The position numbers and the translations under genes were made by a program. Source: Octopus sinensis (taxonomy: Eukaryota). Taken from it: DNA of 64,000 nt. Position 1 is the first letter of the stretch; each line of letters begins with the position of its first letter. Of the stretch, positions 53,327 through 64,000 are shown piece by piece. The stretch lies in assembly GCF_006345805.1 (NCBI RefSeq), contig NC_043003.1, positions 36,456,001 through 36,520,000 on the forward strand. Direction: 5' to 3'. The notes beneath the pieces were generated by a model that was not told the DNA's origin, did not search any database, and saw only the letters and a program-made list of their open reading frames with translations.

Positions 53327-53452
53327 AGGCGTAGGGTCATCGTGTGGTAAGAAACTTGCTTCCCAGCCACATGGTTCCGGGTTCAGTCCCACTGCGAGGC
53401 ACCATGAGCAAGTGTCTTCTAGTATATCCCCGGGCCGACCGAAGCCTTGTGA
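53327..53452 (+). mobile_element. SINE family A head
   Basis: gtgtggtaagaaacttgcttcccagccacatggttccgggttcagtcccactgcg. Confidence 0.8.
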
Positions 53453-54163
53453 ATTAATAGTTTCTTTATGATTTCGGGTTATTGGCTGCACTACTATTAT
53501 TATTTACTGGAAACTGATTACCTGAACATATACTGAACAGTTATTTGATCTTTCTCTTCGAAACAAATCTGTTTTGTCAATCTTCAGCCTGTCAATAATT
53601 TGCATAGCTTATAATTTATTCCTTTCTACTAACTTCTCAAGATCTAGTAAGAAGCTACAATGCACTACCCCGACCATCTCTGGCAACCTTAAACGATGCA
53701 GCAAAGCATCAGGGATCCTAAAGTTAGTGCACTGTTTCTAATAACATAAAAGACAGGAACTAATTTATTCCTTCATAGTTCATATTTTTAAAATATTCTT
53801 GTTTTATTTTCGTTACGCAGTTTAAAATGTCAACACATCTTTTAGTATTACAGTACTGGAACATATTTCGCCTTCATAGTTTACATTCAACTTTTAAAAA
53901 AGTTTCCACTGTTTGGCAAACTTAAATTTAAATTTTGCCGAGGTAAAATTTTTACTCATTTTTACTCATTTTCATATTTAAATTTTATATTATTTCATAT
54001 TTATATAATTTTTAATTTATATATTTATATTATATTTAATTATATGATATTAATTTATTGTACAATTTTCTTATTTTAATATTCTATACACTAGACAGTT
54101 TTTAAATATATCTGTATGCGTATATACGTTCTTTTGTATATATGTACCTTGATGTGAATATAT

Positions 54164-54219
<56 letters not shown>

Positions 54220-54859
54220 TAATCCAAACAAGAAAACAAAAAACAACAACGCAAGGATGTGGAACAAATAAAGTATTATTGGACGCTCAGGAAAGAAGGG
54301 AAGAAAGAATATATATATATATATAATGCAAACATGGGACAAGAACGCAAAACATCCAGACAGGTGATACAAAAAAAGGGACAACAAAATATCCAGACAG
54401 ACGCGATACAAGGAAAACAAGGACGGATCATTCGGAGTTTTCTATCCTCAGTCGAGTTCCAGATTATCTTTGCAATTTCGTCTTGCTCCAGTCTGGCCAG
54501 CCTTAAGGAAAAATAAACTAAGAGCATTAAATTCCTTGGAAGAAAGCAGCGAATGTATACGAAAACAAGGACGGAAAACAAACAGAGAAATGTTACACAA
54601 TTACAAATGCAGTTAACAGAACATAACAACAGGTGTCTTTCCACTAAGGACGAATTAAACTAAGCTGGCGTGTGTGGAAGTAAAGCCTTACGACAGGAAC
54701 ATACGATTTAACAGGCACAGGGAGGAATATAGATGCTGCACGGATGGTAGTCGAACCAAGAAAGAAAGGAAGAAATACGTATATACGTATATACGTATAT
54801 GTTTATTTGTATATTTGGTTTCGTGTCTAAATATGTGTTACTATTGCATATATTCTTTT

Positions 54860-55265
54860 GTTCTTTTATTCATTTTCTTGTATCAGTCATTTGACTGCGG
54901 CCATGCTGGTGTACCGCCTTTAGTCGACAAATCGACCTCAGGACTTATTCTTTGTAAGCCTAGTACTCATTCTCTAGGTCTCTTTTGCCAAACCGCTGAG
55001 ATATGTCGACGTAAACACGCCAGCATCGGCTTTCAGGTGATGTCAGGAGAACAAACACAGACAAAAACAAACATATACACGCACATATATGTATATGTGT
55101 GTGGGGGGGGGGTTTCAGTTTCCGTCTACCAAATCCACTCACAAGACTTTGGTTGGCACGTACCTACAGTAGAAGAGAATTGCAGAAGGTGCCATGAAGT
55201 GGAGGCTGAATCCGGAACCATGTGGTAGGTAAGCAAGCTACTTACCACATTGCTACTCCTGCGCC
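54860..55265 (-). mobile_element. SINE family A copy
   Basis: Same head and tail; tail stem-loop cagtcatttgactg at 54884-54897. Confidence 0.85.
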
Positions 55266-55396
55266 AATGTATGGATGTGCTTATGTAGATATGCGTGTCT
55301 GTTTATATGTGAGCACCTTTATATGTGTACTTTTGCAAGCTTACTGAAGTATCTAACATTTGCTAGATACTTTTTAGGAAGTCAACATCCAAATCA

Positions 55397-55435
<39 letters not shown>

Positions 55436-56914
55436 TTCTCTCTCCCTCTCTCTTTCTCTTTCTCTCTCTCTCTCTCTCAGTTCCTCTTTCTCCTTCCTTT
55501 TTGTTCTTCCACGCCTTTTTTTATTTCTTTTCTTTCTCCCCCCACTTATTATTCTCTGATTTTCTTTTCGTTTTCATTCTCTAGCTTGTAACAATTAAGT
55601 TGTATATTTAAAATACATACGGAGAAGTACTATGTGCGTATATATGTATCTGGATATCTATATATGCATTTGTATATATTTATGTTTTGCCTGAATTTAT
55701 GTTTATATATATGTAAGCATGAACCAACCTTTGTATGCTTAGTGTATATATGTATATATAGGTTATTTGGCATATGCATATATTACTAAATGTGAATGTA
55801 TTCTTATGAGGCTAGTCTTTTGTAAATGATTTTCTTTTAAACCGACAAATCTTTTAATTTATTTAAATGTATTGTTACCATTAATTAATTTACCCTGGGT
55901 ATAGAGGTTTTTTCCTTCTACTAAAACTAATTTTTGGTTTAAGGTTTTTATTATATGATTTGAAATCGTAATTGTAATCTCATTCAACCGGTTATGGAAA
56001 AGACCGTTAGTTGAAAGGACCAGTGAAACAAGACCATTTTCAAATGTATCTATTAACAACGTAATTGTATATTTATGCATATAACTATATTTTGTTCCAT
56101 CCTCAACCCAAACTGTCAGACGAATGGGAACGTGAATCTCTGAGTCTGTGATGTTTTGCAGCTTATTACTAAAGCATATTACTCCACCTCCGTGATTCCA
56201 GTAATATTTTTCCAACTTGTTTCAAATTTATGTGATTAATCTGGTATAAGTATCTACCTGTCTATCTATCTATATATATATATATCTATCTTTTTTTTCT
56301 TTTTCTTCTTTTTTTTTCTTTTTTTTTATTCTTTTCTTCCCTTTTACGATCCCTCTTGATCGAAAACCTACGCCACCCCTTTTTTTTGTTTCTTTTGTTT
56401 TTTGTTTTTTATCCCCCAAAAGAAAAGCTCTACCTTGTAACTTGTCCCATCTGTGTGCAGCCCTGTGTGGCCAATAAAGAAACTTATCTAACTATATATA
56501 TATATATATCAGTATATGAAGTTATGTAGCTTATGTGTTTTTATAGATGAAACTGAAAACCCTCAGTAGTAACCCTGGTGCACATGTTTCATATATAAAA
56601 CTAATATTTATGGGTATATTATGAGTATGCCACCAGTATATTATATGAATATAAATTTATTTGAGCTAGGAATATCGCAGTTGACATAAACATTAACTTA
56701 TCACAAAACTATCAACTACATTTACTAAATTACTAGACACGACTATCACGTACACCAACTTCAATATTTATAATTGTAACATGATATATTTCTGTTATTT
56801 GGAAGAAAAAACACCTCAGCACAAAACCAAGAACCAAAAGCCGCCTTCTTGCAGAAGCTATATTCCCGCCCCTTCTTGCTTCATCAATATTTATGTTCTT
56901 CTATAGACGTCATA

Positions 56915-57495
56915 ACAGCGAGCAGCAGCATCACAATCATCGTTATTATAACTACCGTCGTCATCATAATCATCATCATCATCGTCATCATCGATATCAT
57001 CATCGTCGTCGTCGTCATCATCGTCGTCACTACTATCTTTGTCATCATATTAAAATCACCTGCACATATCAAGAACAGGTACCCTCCTCAGCAGCAACAC
57101 CAGTATAAACTAAAGCCAAAAAAATTACACCACCAACGCCGTCGTTGTCCTCATCATCGTCATCATCAACCTCATCATCATTGTCGTCGTCTTCATTGTT
57201 GTCATCATCATCCTCATCATCATCATCGTCGCCGTCGTCGTCATAGTAGTAGTAGTAGTAGTACAAGTAGTAGTAGTAGATGTGTTTCATCATTATCATA
57301 AGCGACATCTTTCTCCAACTCCTATCTCACATTATTATTAACAGCATCGTCGTCGTCGTCATCAGAATCATCGTCGTCGTCTTCATCATCATCATTATCA
57401 TCATCGTCATCGTCATCATTATCATCATTATTAGCGCTGTGACTATCGTTGGTATATTCCTATTTCTTTACTACCCACAAGGGGCTAAACACACG

Positions 57496-57536
<41 letters not shown>

Positions 57537-58035
57537 GGACAGACAAACGGATTAAGTCGATTACATCGACCCTAGTGCGTAACTGGTACTTATTTAATCG
57601 ACCCGGAAAAGATGAAAGGCAAAGTCGACCTCGGCAGAACTTGAACTCAGAACGTAGCAGCAGACAGAATACCGCTGAGCATTTCGCCCGGCGTGCTAAC
57701 GTTTCTGCCAGCTCGCCGCCTTCGTTGGCATATTCCTTCTCCACCTCCAATTCTCTATCATCACTATCACTATCATTATCATCATAATCACCACCATCAT
57801 CATCATCATTAGCATCGTTATCTATCCATCATCTTCACCATTATCATCATCATCATCATCATCATCGTTATTCCCCAACATCGTCCATATACATAAGTAA
57901 CCGGCATCCTTCATCGTACCGACAATACCATCAATCTTATTACCAACAACCCCACCACCACCACCACCACCAAAATATCCCCAACAATAACGTCATCATC
58001 GTCATCATCGTCATCGTTGTCGTCGTCGTCATCGA
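56915..58035. repeat. Degenerate (CAT)n/(CGT)n/(TAG)n trinucleotide field interrupted by a SINE
   Basis: Directly visible. Confidence 0.9.
57463..57722 (-). mobile_element. SINE family B copy
   Basis: Reverse complement of the 51001 element, with (CA)n(TA)n inserted in the tail. Confidence 0.85.
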
Positions 58036-58294
58036 CATTATAAGATAAAGATATCAACATCTTTAAAAAATATTTCTTCTTCACTCCCCACTACTTAGCT
58101 CCCATTTCTACATATATTTGGAAACTTCCTACGATGTACAAAAAATACACCTGCTCCTGTAGTCGACATAAATCTTTCAAAATCTGTATTAATTCACACA
58201 TACGCATATACACGAAGATAATTACGTACACACAACAACAGCCGCATACTAACTTCGCGTACATAAAATCGTATAGTATAGTTGTTTGTATAGG

Positions 58295-58392
<98 letters not shown>

Positions 58393-58501
58393 CATGTGTA
58401 AATATATACGTATATATTTATATTCATATGCATACGTATATACGTATATATCTTTCATTCACCTTAGTCGCATTCCGTGAGTGTGCATGAATGTTTGGAC
58501 C

Positions 58502-58551
<50 letters not shown>

Positions 58552-58645
58552 GATAGATAGATAGATAGATAGATAGATGTATATATCATAAACATATTAA
58601 TATTATATATATATATATATATATTCACATATATGTATATATGTA

Positions 58646-58691
<46 letters not shown>

Positions 58692-59435
58692 TAACTAAAT
58701 GTATCTCTATGGGTTTATGTATATCATAAAATATGTATATATACTCATAATGATACATGTATCTATCCGTGTGTATTTTCATACTTGCATATACATGGTG
58801 CTTGTGTATGTGTGTGTGTGTGCTTGTATGTATGTACGTACGTACGTACGTTTGTATGTATATATGCGCATACAAACACTCATGTTCACTCACACACCAC
58901 ACACACACACACACAAACACAAACACTCACACACACAATACAAATATTCAGAGACACAAAAACACAGGCATATATACACACACACACACACATACATGTT
59001 CTTTTTGCTTGTGAACTTATTTCTTTATATATTGATTTAAAGAATTAATATGACAAAAGAGAACCTATATACATATATGCAGGTGAAATATTTATTCTCG
59101 TTAGTTCAGCTATTTCAGAAAAGCTTGCAGAATTTTCCCAACTAAAACGCTTACGTACGTAACTGCGTGTGCGAATATGTTTGTGTGTCCGATTTGTAAT
59201 TTTATGTGCGTCGTTCAGAATATAATATAATTCAGTTCAAATTTTAGTAAAATTACTGCTTATGCATGAACACACACAGACACACACACAAGCACATACG
59301 TATTACATTATACAGCATTTCTATACACATATCATGAATGCATACATATGTGCATATACATATATATATATATGTGTGTGTGTGTGTTAGTGGGTGTGTT
59401 TGTGTGTATACATGTATGTGTGTATCTATGGATGA

Positions 59436-59515
<80 letters not shown>

Positions 59516-60570
59516 CCGTACATTATGATGTCAAATATGTGATATACGTAGTTGGAAAGCATTAACTAAGTTTATTCATGCCCTCTGGGCCAAAATATTC
59601 TGCCCTTTATATTAAGATTAATGATACAATGAACACCAAACTAACTTATTTTCCCTCTGGCTAAGCCCCAAAGTATTTCTTAAACCAATCTGTTATCTAA
59701 GTTCTCAGAATACATCAAAATGGTCACATTATGAGGAGAGGCTGAAATCTTCTGCTTAAGGGTATCGCGAAGGTCTTGGTTCAAGTCCTAACCTTCTGAG
59801 TTCTTTTTATGTGGCTTAAAAATAATGAAGGATTGCTGTGTGTGAATCTGAATGGGGAATATGTTGAATAAATCATAATTAACTGATTCTCCTGTATTTT
59901 CATTTACCCAAAGTCGGGGACTTTTCAACACCTTCTCGTATATTTCCACTCGCATTTTTTAGTATACAACCATCATGTTTTCGGTAAACAACTGATACCT
60001 CAAGCGTTAAACCCAGAAACATTATATATCACTCTTTACATCTGCACAAACTATGAAGAGTTTTCTCTTTTAACTATGTTGCAATGATTTGAGAAGATGA
60101 TATTGAGATGAAGCACCTCTTATATATTTTGTGTCAGAATCTTTTTCTGTATGACTTGAACATATGGGATCTCGCCTTATGATTTATCCAAAAATGTGCG
60201 ATCTTTCTGCAAAGTTTTGTGCAATATTTCCAGTTGGTGATATTTCGCCGTGGAACTGTTTTTCTTAGATATCTTCGATATCACAGTGTATACTTCGTGC
60301 AAATAAACACTGAAGTATGTAGATGTTAGCAGGTCTAAAGTATCCTTTTGTTATATATATGAGAGGAAGAGTTTGCACATCAAATGATGGTATTACAGGA
60401 ATCAAAGATGTCTGTTATGCTAAGCAAGGATCGGTACGTAATTTAGAACTGACGTGCAAAGCAACGTATTAAGGATTTATAGGTGGTACATAGAATTTAG
60501 ATGGATAATTTGTGAAGAATTTGTTAGATGTTAGAAATTATGAAGTAATGAATTATATTTTGTCAGGGTT

Positions 60571-60612
<42 letters not shown>

Positions 60613-60712
60613 GGCAAAGTTAATAAAGGCCACGTAAATAGAGGAGTGTGATGACTGGCAGCGCTTATGCTATAATAACAGTTAAATTACACACAGACAT
60701 ATATATATATAT

Positions 60713-60746
<34 letters not shown>

Positions 60747-60798
60747 TGGTATTTGAGTACTCTTTTTCCACCTTGTTTCACATTTATGTGTTTACTCC

Positions 60799-60833
<35 letters not shown>

Positions 60834-60836
<3 letters not shown>

Positions 60837-61410
60837 TCGTAGATACCACACGCTAAAGAGGGACCAATGCGGTCAAAACTACTAAAATAAACAAAATTTT
60901 ACCGAATGCAAAACTTCAAAGCAAATCATTTAAAAAAAGAATTTAGTTACATATCACCTGTGATTTCGCAATTAGTGCAGAATATGCATTCTATGTTCAT
61001 CAGTGCAACAAACTCAAGATATATAAGAAAAAACATAACGTTACAAGCTCGATAGCCAACCGTAGAATTCGTCATAGCATGTACGAATGTTTATCTTTAC
61101 ATATCTATGAAAATGGCGGGCTTATTCGCAATGCATTTTCATAGTGTGAAAAACCTCGTAAGAGAAAAAATCCGTAAATTTTTCCACTTTGAAAATATTT
61201 ATTTATATTATATTTTTTATATTATATTTTTTAAATGATTTGCTTTGAAGTTTTGCATTCGGTAAAATTTTGTTTATTTTAGTAGTTTTGACCGCATTGG
61301 TCCCTCTTTAGCGTGTGATATCTACGAATAGTAGTACCCTCTATATAATATAAATAAATATTTTCAAAGTGGAAAAATTTACGGATTTTTTCTCTTACGA
61401 GGTTTTTCAC
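60834..61410. mobile_element. HHR-bearing fold-back element (Penelope pLTR / retrozyme-like)
   Basis: A 60834-60937 = revcomp of 61227-61330 (1 mismatch seen); B 61146-61213 = revcomp of 61343-61410; an HHR motif lies between A and B. Confidence 0.8.
60946..61009 (-). ncRNA. Type I hammerhead ribozyme-like motif
   Basis: Minus strand: gttgca CTGATGA aca...gaat-gcat-attc...tgc GAA ATCAC-ag-GTGAT A tgtaac. 6-bp stem I (one G:U), 5-bp stem III; position 10.1 is A instead of G. Confidence 0.68.
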
Positions 61411-64000
61411 GCTAACTATTGATAATTTCTTTTAAAGATTTTATCCTCAATTGTTAATTAATATATATATATATATATATATTATATAATATATATATAT
61501 ATATATAAATATGTGTTTATATGAGGGAGGGAGCGAGGGAGAGAGAGAGCATATGTTTCTATGTAAATGTGCTGCATATACAAATCCAGTACGTGACTGT
61601 AAATTTTCTTGTCCTCATTTTCGTTCTGATTCTGATTTCAGTCAGTCTGAGTTTTCGTGATTAAATCCCTGCAATAGACTTCTTTCGCATTTAAGCTAAT
61701 TTGCTATTAATTTTATAAAACTGTCAACTATTAGAATCTCTACATTGTTAGCAAACTGTACAAGTAATTACTGCTATTAAACCACATTCATTTGCAGAGA
61801 ATGGTGTATTGCATATCCATTGATGTACAGTAATATCCACTTTTAGCAGTGAAGATTTTTTCCACAGATTTCACTGGTGATTATTATATCTAATACTAGT
61901 GGTATATTAACAGTATATTAGCCACATTTCAGATACCATCAAAGTACACCACAGACCATCGTTGTAGATAAGATTAAAGATGTGAAACTGAGATTTAGCA
62001 TATTTTTGCCTTAAAAATACAGATACTTATATATAATTATAAGAGGCATCCAAGTCTAAATCTGGTGTGACGAAATGTAGGGTATGAGAAAGATGGGAGA
62101 TTTGGTTAAAATATAGTACCTCACATGTTTAGCATGTTTCGGCGTCACAGAAGATCTTTAGTTTACTCCCATCAGATTTACTTATTTCATTTCCCAATTT
62201 ACTTCCGACGGCAATCTACTCTGGCTACTGTTTTGGTAGCTGACCTTACATATAGAGAAAGTATTAGTGTTTCCTTGGTAACGAACAAACATTTGAAATG
62301 TTCTCTCCCGCATTTTTTACATAGAAGTGTTTTGCAATGATACTGTGTCAATATTCCTTTTAATTACAAGGTTATCCTAGTTTGTTTTCACCTTTGCTCA
62401 TACAGACGTCGACCACACTGTACTAACATCTCTGTCAATACAGAAATCTCCAGTGGCTGACGTTATTAAGGTAATATTTCCGTTCACGATTATTGTGTGA
62501 AGAAAAGGAACCAGAAACCTGTACCACGCAATCACTAGTCCCACAATGGGTTATTTTAAATTCCCTTCCACACTATAGAATTATATCCCTAAACTACATC
62601 AAAAAACTCTGTTCAAATTAATACTACGTCCATTTCTCATTTACATTTGCTCTAGTCAGATTAACGAATTTCCTTGATCTGTGACATATTTATGACAAGA
62701 TTTGTGCGATGTCGTACAAATAGCAGGATAGTATTAGTTCTTGCTCTTTACTGGTATACTCTCATATTTCTTTCATTTTTTCTGTCTTTATTTTTGAAAT
62801 TTTAAAGAAACCGCAATATGAAGATTCTGGAAATACATTTATTTATTATCTCTCACCGTACTGAGTACCATTAATGTTCTAATTTTGGTTATTTTATTCC
62901 TTATATAATGATATTGACTTAGTATTAATTTTCCTTCCCACATTTTATATATTTCAAATTGTTGATATCCTAACCTGAAGCCGAAAGTCGGCTCTCAATG
63001 GTCAGCTTCCACCATCATTACCAAAATCATGTTGATAAAAATTCTGCACTTAGCAAAGAATAAAGTAGCAAGTAAAAGTACCTGACATTAATGGAATACA
63101 TTTTAACAAATTTACTTCTTTTCTCTTCCTCCAGACATTAATAAACAATTTTCAACGAAGAGAAAAATATAAAAAATGAATAATAATGATTAAATAGTTC
63201 AAGTATGTATTCAAGAGTGAATTTGAAAACAGGTCTTCATACGATAACATCCGAATGATAATAGTCATGATAATGGTGATGATGATGAGGAGGTGGGAGA
63301 GGAAGAGAATGAAAACATTGATATTGGTGGTGGTTGTATTCGTGATATTATTGGTGGTGATTTATTGTTTTGTCAGAGGGGCGTCTGATTAGAGATACAT
63401 TAAAAGGACAGTTTACAAATATTATCAGTCATGGATTGCAAAACGTACAAATGTAACATGATATGAATAAAGCAGGCAAGGTCCAGCGAGAAATGGGAAA
63501 CTTGCAGCAAGCTAAAGGGAGAGATCAGCAATTAATAGGTACATTTATAACTAAATAATATAATTAAATAGATAATGAAATACAATAACATGTTAACAAC
63601 AACAAATTAAGAAATAGAAAGGATCCCTAAACTTAAGGAGTTCCTCTCCATCGTGTGATTCTAGGCTCAGCATGGAAAGCCCTAGATATTCACAGAAACT
63701 CTCGGTTTTTACCATCTATCTATAGAAATACAGCATAGGCCAAATTCGCAATTCGATAATTTCGCCATTTTCACCTACATTACGTGAAATTTACCGACTG
63801 GTATCCCTTCGTTACTGACTTTTTACTCGCATTAGGTGATGTTGATGTCACCAGAGGAAAAATGTTATCCTCAACAATTTTAAGTACGTTCAGCGAATGA
63901 ATTCCTCTACTAAACACACCAGACATGAGAAGGTGATAGATTCTTCCCCCTAACGAAAACAAAGTGGTATTCAAACTTCGCAGTAGACTAGGTTGATAAT

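Noticed and set aside
54430-54490. Minus-strand GAAA...CTGAGGA suggesting a type II hammerhead
   Set aside because: Could not build stems I and III consistently.
55859-56215. 118-aa non-repetitive ORF on the minus strand
   Set aside because: No recognisable domain, non-ATG start; an ORF or two of this length can occur by chance in 64 kb. A BLASTP or RNA-seq hit would reopen it.

Overview
AT-rich, microsatellite-dense animal DNA. The SINE families and (TA)n/(TACA)n load suggest an octopus/cephalopod, which is an inference. I found no host exon, tRNA/rRNA gene or CRISPR array, so the window looks intergenic or intronic. It is a transposon graveyard: a hAT transposase pseudogene, Tc1, DD37D-type and mariner elements, Helitron ends and a helicase relic, CR1/L2-type, RTE and R4/Dong-type LINE fragments, many tRNA-derived SINEs, and a 5'-truncated Penelope-like element (RT + GIY-YIG) flanked by inverted repeats. 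The main signal the ORF track misses is RNA-level. I read nine hammerhead-ribozyme (HHR)-like motifs from about six unrelated repeat families. They include (i) a tandem pair 444 nt apart in 343-bp direct repeats, a retrozyme-like unit (12588-13375); (ii) an HHR in a circularly permuted, fold-back element (60834-61410), whose architecture recurs at 45461-46152; and (iii) a U3:A8 compensatory-core HHR in both inverted repeats of the Penelope element. Penelope-associated HHRs and retrozymes are known classes. Whether these particular families are described could not be checked. All alignments and folds were done by eye.
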